This document shows positions 39,695 to 53,388 of a stretch of DNA of 64,000 bases, piece after piece. Source of the stretch: Eledone cirrhosa. Taxonomy: Eukaryota. Each line of letters begins with the position of its first letter. Within the stretch, counting starts at the first letter, position 1. A model generated the notes under the pieces. It ran no database searches. It saw nothing but the letters and a program-made list of their open reading frames with translations, and was not told the DNA's origin. The stretch is taken from assembly GCA_964016885.1 (NCBI GenBank), contig OZ024754.1, positions 37,138,001 to 37,202,000 of the forward strand. Reading direction: 5' to 3'. The position numbers were made by a program, and so were the translations under genes.

Positions 39695-41470
39695 CTGCCC
39701 ACTTATTCCTGAGAGAGTCGTGAGGAACAGAGTCCTCAAAGACTCCCACCAGCGGGTCCTGTCAGAAGCAACCGTCTCCAACTGATCCGGCTGGATATCC
39801 AAGCATGACCAGCCAAGCTCATGGGTGTTATCTTGCTCGGGGTCTACTCCTGGGTCTCCTACCTGTTGGTTTTGCCAGTAAAATCTGTCCAGCGATTCTT
39901 TCCATAGTATCGGAGCTGTGATCTCTCAATTCAGAGAAGTAGCAGCTCTACCTGGAGTAGCTCTCTGATCTCTGAGCTACAGATATGACCAGTGATTCTT
40001 TCCTGAGACATTCTAACCACATGCCCATAGTTTCAGAGCTGTGATCTCTCAATTCAGAGAAGTAGCGGCTCTACGTAGAGTGACTCTCTGATCTCTGAGC
40101 TACAGATATGACCAGTGATTCTTTCCTGAGACATTCTAACCACATGCCTATAGTATTGAAGCTTTGATCTCTCAATTCAGAGAAGTAGTGGCTCTACCTG
40201 GAGTGACTCTCTGATCTCTGAGCTACAGATATGACCAGTGATTCTTTCCTGAGACATTCTAACCACATGCCCATAGTATTGAAGCTTTGATCTCTCAATT
40301 CAGAGAAGTAGTGGCTCTACCTGGAGTAGCTCTCTGATCTCTGAGCTACAGATATGACCAGTGATTCTTTCCTGAGACATTCTAACCACATGCCCATAGT
40401 ATCGGAGCTGTGGTCTCTCAATTCGGTGAAGTAGTGGCTCTACCTGGAGTGACTCTCTGATCTCTGAGCTACAGATATGACCAGTGATTCTTTCCTGAGA
40501 CATTCTAACCACATGCCCATAGTATTGAAGCTTTGATCTCTCAATTCAGAGAAGTAGTGGCTCTACCTAGAGCGACTCTCTGATCTCTGAGCTACAGATA
40601 TGACCAGTGATTCTTTCCTGAGACATTCTAACCACATGCCCATAGTTTCAGAGCTGTGATCTCTCAATTCAGAGAAGTAGTGGCTCTACGTAGAGTGACT
40701 CTCTGATCTCTGAGCTACAGATATGACCAGTGATTCTTTCCTGAGACATTCTAACCACATGCCTATAGTATTGAAGCTTTGATCTCTCAATTCAGAGAAG
40801 TAGTGGCTCTACCTGGAGTGACTCTCTGATTTCTGAGCTACAGATATGACCAGTGATTCTTTCCTGAGACATTCTAACCACATGCCCATAGTATTGAAGC
40901 TTTGATCTCTCAATTCAGAGAAGTAGTGGCTCTACCTGGAGTAGCTCTCTGATCTCTGAGCTACAGATATGACCAGTGATTCTTTCCTGAGACATTCTAA
41001 CCACATGCCCATAGTATCGGAGCTGTGGTCTCTCAATTCGGTGAAGTAGTGGCTCTACCTGGAGTGACTCTCTCATCTCTGAGCTACAGATATGACCAGT
41101 GATTCTTTCCTGAGACATTCTAACCACATGCCCATAGTATTGAAGCTTTGATCTCTCAATTCAGAGAAGTAGTGGCTCTACCTAGAGCGACTCTCTGATC
41201 TCTGAGCTACAGATATGACCAGTGATTCTTTCCTGAGACATTCTAACCACATGCCCATAGTATCGGAGCTGTGGTCTCTCAATTCAGAGAAGTAGTGGCT
41301 CTACGTAGAGTGACTCTCTGATCCTGAGCTACAGATATGACCAGTGATTCTTTCCTGAGACATTCTAACCACATGCCCATAGTATCGGAGCTGTGGTCTC
41401 TCAATTCGGTGAAGTAGCAGTTCTACCTGGAGTGACTCTCTGATCTCCGAGCTACTCACTTTGCCAGTCA
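39695..41470 (-). mobile_element. RTE-clade LINE 3' fragment with an internal 123-bp tandem expansion
   Basis: SSEIRESLQVEPLLxRIERxQLRYYGHVVRM repeated, followed by ERIAGQILLAKPTGRRPRSRPR. Confidence 0.88.
39903..41455. repeat. 123-bp tandem array, ~12.5 copies
   Basis: 41-codon periodicity; 615-bp higher-order repeat. Confidence 0.95.
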
Positions 41471-41550
41471 CCGAAAACTTGGTTTTTAGAATCACTAATA
41501 AAATCTGTTTTTTACGATAGTTACATAACGCTATAACAAGTCCTGGTGTG

Positions 41551-41899
41551 TACAAGAGTCAGCTGAAAAATTCATAGGTTGACTATGACGGAGTGATGCT
41601 AGCACTGTGAAATCTCGTATGCATTAATTTCAATTCTTCTTATTAATAACTGCATTGTTCGTTTCCAGGGACTATGTTGAAAAAGAGACCTTTGGTCATT
41701 CCATGTGAGTATCTTGGTCATATGTTGACTATTAAGGAGTGATGCTTGGGCTGTGAAATCTTGCATGCATCAATTTCAACTTTTCTTGTTAATAACTGCA
41801 TTATTTCTTTTTAGGGTTTATGTTGAAAAATAAACCTCATTTGTTCATTCCATGAGAGTATCTTGGTCAGATCTCTGAATTTTTCAGTCGACCCTTGCA
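41551..41899. mobile_element. Tc1/mariner-like MITE
   Basis: Imperfect TIRs caagagtcagctgaaaaattca/tgaatttttcagtcgacccttg; internal direct duplication. Confidence 0.65.
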
Positions 41900-42411
41900 T
41901 GTAAGAAGTTTTTAAAAACAAAACAGTTATTTTTAATACCACACTATGAAGAAAATATTGCGAGTGAGAGGTGTTAACAGTATCAATACATGAACATTTC
42001 TGTATATCATTTGAAAAAATTATCTTTTATTGGCCACAAAAGCCCAAAACATTCGGGACAATACAATATCAAAGGCAACACAGAGTGGGGTTTATATCGA
42101 CTAAAGGAAAGCGGACATCTTCAAGGAGAAAACAGTGAATATAATAATAGATAATTTATAAATATTCATAATAAACAATAGAAGACAATAACTAATGTGA
42201 ACTAGGACCAGTTTCCCAACAGTGGGGTGACTGGATATTAAGATAATTCCTGAGAGAATCCCACACAGCCCCCGGATTACTTTGTCACCAAACGGGCATT
42301 GAAAGTGCCCTATTTCGGTTTCTTTCTTTCTATTTAGAAAAACACCCAAATTTAAGGAGATGATCACTAAAATCAAACAAAAACAAAAAATTAGAAATGG
42401 AAATGGAACAC

Positions 42412-42639
42412 TTAACCCTTTAGTATTTACATTACTCTATATATACTATTATATTTTCGTGGTAAAGACTTTATCTCACATAATATCTCACTTGATATCA
42501 AATCTATGAGATTTTGATATTATTTATTTTGAGAACAGTACTTTAAGATCAGTATGTGTGGCCAGTTGTGGCCAGTTTGAACAGAAAGATGTGAGAGAAT
42601 TCTGGCCAAACATGGCTGGTTTAAATGCTAAAGTGTTAA
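42412..42639. mobile_element. TTAA-type (piggyBac-like) MITE
   Basis: TTAA-ccctttag...ctaaagtg-TTAA. Confidence 0.8.
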
Positions 42640-42691
42640 AATAACAAATAAATACATAACGAAAACACAAATAACGAAAACACAAATAACG

Positions 42692-42804
<113 letters not shown>

Positions 42805-43198
42805 CTAACGAACATCAAATCAACATATTGAGAATTTAAAGTCAGAAGTTAAAACCGACATATCCAAATAGATAGAGGAAACACTAAAACGCAACAAACC
42901 TCAACAGTAAAAGACTTACACAGTTCTAATCAACAGAAATCGATTCAGGACAACACAACCAAAAATATATATGGAAAGAAATATGAGGAGAAAGATATAG
43001 GAAAACTGAAACCTTAAAGATGAAACTGAAGACCACAATAGGATAAAACTGGAACTAGTCCAACAACTCCAAATAATAGGAGATCCCCTATGGACCAAAA
43101 AATACTCCTTCCAATGATAGAAATGAATTATGAAGTAGCAACTTTGGAATAGTGCAACAATTATTAAAAAAACAGTCGTTAATCTATCCTTCATCGAC

Positions 43199-43426
43199 TT
43201 AACCCTTTAGTGTTTACATTACTCTATATATACTATTGTATTTTTGTGGTAAAGGCTTTATCTTACATATTATCTCATATAATATTGAATCTATGAGATT
43301 GTGATATTATTTATTTCGAGAACAATACCTCAACATCAATATGAGAGGCTAATTACAATCGGTTTGAACAGAAAGAGGTGAGAAAATTCTAGCCAGATAT
43401 GTCCGGTTTAAATGCTAAAGGGTTAA
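43199..43426. mobile_element. TTAA-type (piggyBac-like) MITE
   Basis: TTAA-ccctttag...ctaaaggg-TTAA. Confidence 0.85.
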
Positions 43427-43446
43427 AAGGCTAAATATCGTAATAT

Positions 43447-43643
43447 GTGTAGCCTCGCGAGATGGAATGGCTCTTCCAGCGCATCTCCCTGACCATCCTC
43501 CGGGGAAACGCCTTCTCCATTCTGTCTGCCGGGGACTTGGGGTGGCCAGCACGTAGGACCCCATTTGCTCATAATAGAGAGAGATGGGGTAGAGAGATGG
43601 AGGCGGTGACAGTGGGAGTTAGGCTCTTCCGTGTTCGGACACA
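43447..43643 (+). mobile_element. CRE-type non-LTR retrotransposon 3' fragment
   Basis: MEWLFQRISLTILRGNAFSILSAG. Confidence 0.7.
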
Positions 43644-43753
43644 TCAATTCTATGTTGTTATAGAATATTATTATTTTGGTCATACCTATATTTATGTCCA
43701 CTATTTCATAATTTAATTTAAAAATATATTACTGGAATCCATCCATCACAGAC

Positions 43754-43979
43754 TTAACCCTTTAGCATTTACATTACTCTATATATACTATTGTATTTTT
43801 GTGGTAAAGACTTTATCTCACATTATCTCACATAATATTGAATCTACGAGATTTTGATATTATTTATTCTGAGAACAATACCTCAACACCAATATGAGGG
43901 GCTAATTACAGCCGGTTTGAACAGAAAGAGGTGAGCGTATTCTGGCCAGATATGGCCGGTTTAAGTGCTAAAGGGTTAA
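43754..43979. mobile_element. TTAA-type (piggyBac-like) MITE
   Basis: TTAA-ccctttagcattt...gtgctaaaggg-TTAA. Confidence 0.85.
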
Positions 43980-43981
43980 AG

Positions 43982-45168
43982 CAGGTGTGTGCAACATATT
44001 CCATTGGTGGGCCACTTTTGAACATTGGAACAACTATTAGGGCCATTAATATTTATTAAGCACTATTCCAAAGATTCACCACAACTTCTTTCCATAACAT
44101 GGAACTGGGAAATTATAACACACATAACCCTATCAGTGAAGTCCTTTAGTAGAGGTCAACTGGGAAAATATAACCCACATAACCCTATCAGTGAAGTCCT
44201 TTAGTATAGGTCAACTGGTAAATTATAACACACATAACCCTATCAGTGAAGTCCTTTAGTAGAGGTCAACTGGGAAATTATAACACACATAACCCTATCA
44301 GTGAAGTCCTTTAGTATAGGTCAACTGGGAAATTATAACACACATAACCCTATCAGTGAAGTCCTTTAGTATAGGTCAACTGGGAAATTATAACACACAC
44401 AACCCTATCAGTGAAGTCCTTTAGTATAAGTCAACTGGGAAATTATAACGCATATAACCCTATCAGTGAAGTCCTTTAGTATAGGTCAACTGGGAAATTA
44501 TAACACATAACCCTATCAGTGAAGTCCTTTAGTATAGGTCAACTGGGAAATTATAACATATAACCCTATCAGTGAAGTCCTTTAGTAGACGTCAACTGGG
44601 AAATTATAACACACATAACCCTATCAGTGAAGTCCTTTAGTATAGGTCAACTGGGAAATTATAACACACATAACCCTATCAGTGAAGTCCTTTAGTATAG
44701 GTCAACTGGGAAATTATAACACACATAACCTTATCAGTGAAGTCCTTTAGTATAGGTCAACTGGGAAATTATAACACACATAACCCTATCAGTGAAGTCC
44801 TTTAGTAGAGGTCAACTGGGAAATTATAACACACATAACCCTATCAGTGAAGTCCTTTAGTAGAGGTCAACTGGGAAATTATAACACACATAACCCTATC
44901 AGTGAAGTCCTTTAGTATAGGTCAACTGGGGAATTATAACACATAACCCTATTAGTGAAGTCCTTTAGTAGAGGTCAACTGGGAAATTATAACACACATA
45001 ACCCTATCAGTGAAGTCCTTTAGTAGAGGTCAATTAACAGAAAATTGTTTTACGGTTACGAAAATAATTCTAAATAGGTCTACAAGGTAAACATTAAAAA
45101 CGATCATCGCGGGCCACTGTGAGTGGTCAGGCGGACCGGGTTGTGGCCCGCGGGCCGCCTGTTGCATA
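43982..45168. mobile_element. hAT(Charlie)-like non-autonomous element containing a 55-bp array
   Basis: Left end caggtgtgtgcaaca..gggccac; right end ggcccgcgggccgcctgttgca. Confidence 0.6.
44103..45032. repeat. 55-bp minisatellite, ~17 copies
   Basis: aactgggaaattataacacacataaccctatcagtgaagtcctttagtakaggtc. Confidence 0.96.
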
Positions 45169-45300
45169 ATATATGTAGAAGCTACTGTTATTAAAGAAAA
45201 TGGGAAGATATACAGAAACATGAATAACAACAACCGCATCACCACACCTTGTTAGGACTATTGTTGTTATTGTACATTCATAGTGGAATTTAAAGTTCAC

Positions 45301-46910
45301 TTAGTACTGTTGTATATATATAGTTAGTACTGTTGTATATATATAGTTAGTACTGTTGTATATATAGTTAGTACTGTTGTGTATATATAGTTAGTACTGT
45401 TGTATATATATATAGTTAGTACTGTTGTATATATAGTTAGTACTGTTGTATATATATAGTTAGTACTGTTGTATATATATAGTTAGTACTGTTGTATATA
45501 TAGTTAGTACTGTTGTATATATATATAGTTAGTACTGTTGTATATATATATAGTTAGTACTGTTATATATATATATAGTTAGTACTGTTATATATATATA
45601 GTTAGTACTGTTATATATATAGTTAGTACTGTTGTATATATAGTTAGTACTGTTGTATATATATAGTTAGTACTGTTGTATATATATAGTTAGTACTGTT
45701 GTATATATAGTTAGTACTGTTGTATATATATAGTTAGTACTGTTGTATATATATAGTTAGTACTGTTGTATATATATAGTTAGTACTGTTGTATATATAT
45801 ATAGTTAGTACTGTTGTATATATAGTTAGTACTGTTGTATATATATATAGTTAGTACTGTTGTATATATATAGTTAGTACTGTTGTATATATATATAGTT
45901 AGTACTGTTGTATATATATAGTTAGTACTGTTGTATATATATAGTTAGTACTGTTGTATATATATAGTTAGTACTGTTGTATATATAGTTAGTACTGTTG
46001 TATATATAGTTAGTACTGTTGTATATATATAGTTAGTACTGTTGTATATATATAGTTAGTACTGTTGTATATATATATAGTTAGTACTGTTGTATATATA
46101 TAGTTAGTACTGTTATATATATATAGTTAGTACTGTTATATATATATAGTTAGTACTGTTGTATATATATAGTTAGTACTGTTGTATATATATAGTTAGT
46201 ACTGTTGTATATATAGTTAGTACTGTTGTATATATATAGTTAGTACTGTTGTATATATAGTTAGTACTGTTGTATATATATAGTTAGTACTGTTGTATAT
46301 ATATAGTTAGTACTGTTGTATATATATAGTTAGTACTGTTATATATATATAGTTAGTACTGTTGTATATATATAGTTAGTACTGTTGTATATATAGTTAG
46401 TACTGTTGTATATATAGTTAGTACTGTTGTATATATATAGTTAGTACTGTTGTATATATATAGTTAGTACTGTTGTATATATATATAGTTAGTACTGTTG
46501 TATATATATAGTTAGTACTGTTGTATATATAGTTAGTACTGTTGTATATATAGTTAGTACTGTTGTATATATAGTTAGTACTGTTGTATATATAGTTAGT
46601 ACTGTTGTATATATAGTTAGTACTGTTGTATATATATATAGTTAGTACTGTTATATATATATAGTTAGTACTGTTGTATATATATAGTTAGTACTGTTGT
46701 ATATATATATAGTTAGTACTGTTGTATATATATAGTTAGTACTGTTATATATATATATAGTTAGTACTGTTATATATATATATAGTTAGTACTGTTATAT
46801 ATATATAGTTAGTATTGTTGTATATATATAGTTAGTACTGTTGTATATATATATAGTTAGTACTGTTGTATATATATAGTTAGTACTGTTGTATATATAA
46901 TTAGTACTGT

Positions 46911-46915
<5 letters not shown>
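45301..46915. repeat. ~20-26-bp minisatellite GTTAGTACTGTTG(TA)n
   Basis: Constant 13-mer plus variable TA count. Confidence 0.96.
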
Positions 46916-46991
<76 letters not shown>

Positions 46992-47183
46992 ATATATTAT
47001 TAATACAATAACAGAGATAGCTTAACGCTAAACTCCGACTGGTAACCATCTCACTCAACAAACATTAGGTTATATTTTAATATAAACCCAATTTAAGTGT
47101 TTGGGGTGCTAACTATATGTATTTTGTGGAAAGCCAGTTGTATTATTTTATGAGATATAATTAAAGTTAAAATATATCTCTCT

Positions 47184-47308
47184 TTCCAAACAATTGTTTC
47201 ATTATAAGTTTTCTACAAATTGGGAGAATATTTCCAGTTTATGTAGAAGCCTAACATATATTCATGTAAGAATATATTTAGGTGGGCACTTATAAATCTT
47301 CAGTGGAA
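47184..47308 (-). ncRNA. Type I hammerhead motif with large branched stem II (element 46998-47330)
   Basis: ttcca-CTGAAGA-tttataag[two hairpins]cttataat-GAAA-caattg-TT-tggaa. Confidence 0.8.
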
Positions 47309-47494
47309 GCCCATTAAACTTTGATATAAGAAAAAATTCTTACCGCAGTTAAAAATCGTGTCTGCTAAGCTGCTCCCTCACGCATCGAATGACCGCCAAA
47401 TTTGAAGTTCCAGCAGTCTTTTGACTGAGGAAGTTTCATAGCGTCACGAAGCGGGAAAGGGAGACAACCACGATACACGAGATTAGGAAAAAAT

Positions 47495-47990
47495 AATATA
47501 CACTCGGGTTAATGAGTTTTTTCAAAAACATTATCAATCCAACGTGTTAAGAACTCAATTGAAATTAAAAAAATAAATGTATGCGTGTATTAATTACACA
47601 CGCATATAGATATTTACTTAGGCTAAAAACAGAGGTGACACCAAAATAACAAACCGCATCACATCACCGCAGCAAATACTGAAGGTTACGCTTTAAAGGC
47701 GATTGGGAATGTAAATCTCTGGCCAAATTAAGAGTAAAATATTTAATACACGCGGGTTAAATAGTTATTTAAAACTATCAACAATTCCACGTGTTAAGAA
47801 CTCAATTAATTAAAAAAAATAAATGTATGCATGTAATTATTTACACACGCATATATATATTTTCTTAGGCTAAAAACAGAGAAGTGACAACCAAAAAACC
47901 TCCATATCTCACAACAGTAACAAATACAGAAAGTCATGTTTATAAGGTACCTGGAAATTAGCACCTCTGGCCAAATCAAGAGTAACATAT
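47495..47990. repeat. Diverged direct duplication, ~245-bp unit
   Basis: acgtgttaagaactcaatt..aaatgtatgc..ttaggctaaaaacagag..ctctggccaaat occurs twice. Confidence 0.75.
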
Positions 47991-48016
47991 ATATATATAA
48001 GTGTGTGTATATATAT

Positions 48017-48027
48017 ATGGGGACACC

Positions 48028-48087
<60 letters not shown>

Positions 48088-48182
48088 GGTGTCCCAAAAG
48101 ATGTATACACACTATGATTAGCTGTACATGCAATATTTATTAGAATACTCACCGTTTGTGTATAATCTTTTTGCACCGTGTA
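48017..48182. mobile_element. Tc1-like MITE ends in (TA)n
   Basis: gggacaccctg-TA ... TA-cagggtgtccc. Confidence 0.55.
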
Positions 48183-48419
48183 TATATATATATATAGTAG
48201 CTATTATATTAGCAGCCTGCTGCTATAATGCCCGACATTAAGAGATATATATGGAGGTATTAAGTTCAATAGTATCAACAGCCTATACAGGTGTGGCACC
48301 TGGTTACGCATGTTAAAGTTATTACGTGTCTTGTTGAATAAAAAGTGAAGTCAAATCTTTTTGACAAACAACTAAACTATCTTAAGTGCAGAGAAATTAA
48401 TAAAAAGGCAAAAATAACA

Positions 48420-49030
48420 CACATACACACACATAAGCATATACACAAACACATACAAATATACATACAAGCATATGCTCACACATACACATACTCACAA
48501 ACACACAGACACGCAAAATCTCACAAACACACACAAATATACACAAATATACATACATGCATATGACCTCACATACACATACTCACAAACACACAGACAC
48601 GCAAAATCTCACAAATACACACAAATATACACAAATATACATACATGCATATGCTCACACATACACATACTCACAAACACACAGACACGCAAAATCTCAC
48701 AAATACACACAAATATACACAAATATACATACATGCATATGCTCACACATACACATACTCACAAATACACAGACACGCAAAATCTCACAAACACACACAA
48801 ATATACACAAATATACATACATGCATATGACCTCACATACACATACTTACAAACACACAGACATGCACAGACTTACAAACACACATACATACAAACATAC
48901 ACACACACACACACATACACACAAACACGCAAACACAAAACACCCACACACACTCACAAACACACATACATACTAACATACACACACACAAACACACACA
49001 CAGACACGCACACAAATACATACATACACG
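48420..49030. repeat. CA-rich ~88-bp minisatellite
   Basis: cacagacacgcaaaatctcacaaa recurs four times. Confidence 0.85.
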
Positions 49031-49274
49031 CAGTCTTATTAATTCAATAATGAATTTTGGCGGCGGCTTTCTATGTAAATATTTCACCCCCTCGATAGAA
49101 TTTTCCACAACACTTCACCCTCTCGATAGAACTTTCCACAACACTCCAGCCCCTCAATAACACTTTCCTCACTCCCCTATAACTTTCCACAACATTCCAC
49201 CCAAGTCAATAAAACTATATATGTATATATATACAAAATATAAAACAATCAAATCTTAGTTTAATACATTTAAT

Positions 49275-49321
49275 TGCTGACAATTGTTTCTTCCAGACGA
49301 ATGTCTGGAATCATCGGAGCA
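49275..49321 (-). ncRNA. Hammerhead motif, CCGAUGA core variant
   Basis: tgct-CCGATGA-ttccagac[attc]gtctggaa-GAAA-caattg-TC-agca. Confidence 0.75.
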
Positions 49322-50052
49322 TACACAATATTTAAACAGGTAATTAAAATCCTAGTCTTCAGAACATTTATATAGATACATAACTATTGACAGTGTCAGT
49401 GACATCATATAGAGAAGCAGGAGTTACAAAAGATATTATGCTACAGAAATCAAAGTATAAGGAGCAATGGTGAAAAGTGAAATATTTATTATTATGTATA
49501 TATATATTATGTATATATATATTTATTATTATGTATATATATATATATATTTATTATGTATATATATATAAATGTGTGTGAGTGTGTAATTTCAATTAAA
49601 TATGTAAAGGGTTGAAAAAAGAATGATATTGTGGTTTATATTGGAGTTAAAATATTATATTCACCGGATGATCAGTTCTAATTGAGCAGACTAATGATTA
49701 ACGGCATTCCAGCCGTGACCACCCTTTCTCTTTCTGTTTCTTTTTAGAGACGACATTACCAAAAGCGTCCTTCATTTTTTTCAAGAAGGCATGGTTTTAA
49801 GTGAGTTTTGGCAGTTATTTCTAGCAGGTGAAGGAACACCGTAAAAGCTCCCTCGTTTATATGAGTGGAACTCAGTAGAACTGCGAGGCCAGTTAAGTTG
49901 AAAGGTAAGCAGCCATGTTCGTCTTGGTCGCCATCATTAATAAAAGCAATGAACTACAATTTTTTCGAGGAAGATTAGACGAGAAAACTAATTATCTTAG
50001 AACGTAATTAGAGACAGCAGCAGTAAGCAAGTGGATTTAACAACACTAACTA

Positions 50053-50088
<36 letters not shown>

Positions 50089-50816
50089 TAAAAAATCAAC
50101 AACAAAAAAGTACACTAACAATAACAACCATAACAAAAACATGCAGGTAAAAATAAGAAGCAAAAAGACAGCGAAACAAGTAAAGTTAGCATAAATGTTA
50201 CTGGAATGGAAAATGGAGAAAAAAAAATTGAAGATAATTTAATTGGAAACTTAAATAAAGGAAAGAGGAGTGAAAATGTGTAAGAATGAACGGAGAGAAG
50301 GAAATTAGTGCATTTTGTATCGATAAAAATCGTTTGAACTGAAGACCAAATGACGACATAGTGAAGTACTCTGGAGAATGTCTAGGAGGAAGTGCAAGAT
50401 TTTTAGAATGTCGCTATTGAGACTCGTTTCTGGAAGAGGTAATAAGGGGAGGGAATTAATGTGAACATCTGCAGATGAACAATACTTTAGATTTATTATT
50501 ATTATTATTTTTTTTATTTTTTTTATTAAATGATGAAAATGGAGAGAAGAGAGAGTGGGGGGAGATAGAGAAGATAGGAGAGGAGAGAGGAGAGATAGAG
50601 AGGAGAGATAGAGGGGGGGGTAGAGAAGATAGGAGAGGAGAGAGAGGGAGATAGAGGAGAGGAGATAGAGGGGGGATAGAGAAGATAGGAGAGGAGAGAG
50701 AGGGGGATAGAAAAGATAGGAGAGGAGAGAGAGGGGGATAGAGAAGAGAGGAGAGGAGAGAGAGGGGGATAGAGAAGAGAGGAGAGGAGAGAGAGAGAGA
50801 GAGAGGGAAGAGAACG

Positions 50817-50891
50817 TCAAACATAAGAAGGTGGTGAAGTTGGCGACAGTGGGACGATAGTGACTCGAACGGATGTTGGAATAAAATCATT
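50817..50891 (-). CDS. Possible terminal coding exon NDFIPTSVRVTIVPLSPTSPPSYV*
   Basis: Unique island between microsatellites; tctcAG acceptor; 25 codons to TGA. Confidence 0.28.
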   Translation of the reverse strand, partial: NDFIPTSVRVTIVPLSPTSPPSYV

Positions 50892-50907
50892 CTGAGACAC
50901 ACACAGA

Positions 50908-50947
<40 letters not shown>

Positions 50948-51076
50948 TACACACAGACACACACACACACATATATATATATATAGAGAGAGAAAGACAG
51001 AGGGTGAGAGAAATCCAGTTAATTATCTGCAAGATAACGATGTAATAAAACACACGCGAATCATACACACGCACGC

Positions 51077-51126
<50 letters not shown>

Positions 51127-51584
51127 GTAACCCAATCTATATTGATATACTGATAGAGTTATAACAACCCTGTTTTTGAAGCGATATCTACAAACTCTAT
51201 ATTCCTTATACTTCAATTAAATACCATTTTCTAACATGGTTTAATATTCGATCTAACCTCACAGACTTTCTTCTGAAAGGCCTAGCACTCGACTAACCCC
51301 ACTCTCTGGGCATCGAAAACACTACCCGAAAAGGAGAACTGGTCAACATCATCGGATGCTTCCGAAGCCGCAGGTTTTTTTTTTTCTTTTTTTCAGAGTT
51401 TCCCTCTCTTAGAAATGTGTTGTGACAACAACTGGGGGCCTTTCAAAGTACTATTTGAATGGCCGTTGTTGACTCTGCTGAGTTGAGTTACTCCGCTCTT
51501 TGCCAGGTTTTGTATTTCATCCCGCAGGTTGTCCAAATATCACCCTCCTCACCAAGCAAGCTTGGTGGGGTTGCCGGTTTATAT

Positions 51585-51629
<45 letters not shown>

Positions 51630-51794
51630 GAGAGAGAGAGAGGGGTAGAGAGAGAGGTAGAGAGAGAGAGAGGGGGGTAGAGAGAGAGAGAGAGAGAGAG
51701 AGGTAGAGGTAGAGATAGAGGTAGAGAGAGAGAGAGAGAGGTAGAGGTAGAGATAGAGGTAGGGAGAGACAGAGGTAGAGAGAGAGAGAGAGAG

Positions 51795-51871
<77 letters not shown>

Positions 51872-52364
51872 ATAAGAATTGCAGCTTTGTGTAAAACTTT
51901 ATTTCATATTACAATTGTTTCCATATCGATCAGCTCGGGTTTAATCAGGCGATCGGATCCCGACTCTTAATCGAAACTACAGTACTTCAGATGATTAGAA
52001 AGAATTATAAGAGTGTTAGTTTAGCAGAGTTGTTAGAACGTTAGACAAATGTTAATCTCCATCACAAGAAGAAAGAATTTATATACGAATGAATGACATA
52101 CTAGAAACATCAGTTAAATATCCACCAAATTACATCTTATCGTCTTAAAATAGGAAGTATAGACTACATAATATGGATGGTGACGACTGAAACGTCGTAT
52201 TGAAATAATTTGATCTCAAGATAAAAGAATTTCCGTTATGAATATCACATCTTTTTGACATAGTATATCTTGGACTTCAGCTTCCAAAGAGGTCTTCAAC
52301 TGATTTAACATTGTACTGTGTAATTTGAATGATATTTGGTTGCTATTTTAAAGGATCGATCGAC

Positions 52365-52552
52365 TTTCGTCAAATCGAACCGAGGAAACAATGTTTTCGT
52401 CGGTCTTTCCAGTTGCTAATACTATCTATCGGTCGCAACTCCAGGTAGAAGGAGCAACGTGAAATAAAGTGTCTTGCTCAAGGGCATAACGCATCGAACT
52501 CACAATCTCAAGATGGTGAATCCAACTCTCTAACCACTCAGCCACACGCCTC
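52365..52552 (-). mobile_element. SINE family 2
   Basis: Head ggaggcgtgtggctgagtggttagag, B-box remnant gagttcga, CORE-like body. Confidence 0.85.
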
Positions 52553-52770
52553 CATTGGTTGCTATATCTAGCAACATAACAACCACATAACATCACCTTG
52601 GCCTAAAAATGGGTCAAACTCTCAAAACCACAACAGAGAAATTAGTGTTATCAAGTTTGAAATACAAGAATGAAAACTAGATTTAAGTAAAGCAAGCAAA
52701 AGAAAACAGAAGTAAACACATTTACTTTATATTTCATAGGTTTCGAGATTAGGACACGACCCCCCCCCCC

Positions 52771-52892
52771 TATATATATATAAATATACATACATATATA
52801 TATATGCATATACATATATATATATATATATGTATATATATATGCATATATACATATATATATGTATATATATGCATATATACATATATATG

Positions 52893-52925
<33 letters not shown>

Positions 52926-53357
52926 GTATATATATATGCATATATACATATATATATGTATATATATGCATATATACATATATATGTATATATATATATG
53001 TATATATATATATGTATATGTATATATATGTATATTTATATGTATATATATATGCATATATATATGTATATATATATGTATATTCATATGTATATATATA
53101 TATATATGTGTATATTTATATGTATATATATATATATGTATATATATATGCATATATGTGCATATATATATATGCATATAATATATATATGCATATATAT
53201 ATATATACGAGGTCTGTCTGAAAAGTATATATATATATATATATACATACACACACACATATATATATATATGTATATATATATATGCATATATATATAT
53301 ATATATATATACATACATATATATATATATATACACGTATATATAAACGTATATACA

Positions 53358-53388
<31 letters not shown>
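52771..53388. repeat. Degenerate (TA)n tract
   Basis: Direct inspection. Confidence 0.95.

Noticed and set aside
44103-46915. CRISPR-like periodicity (also 357-3127 and 60970-61836)
   Set aside because: No unique spacers, no cas genes, eukaryotic context.
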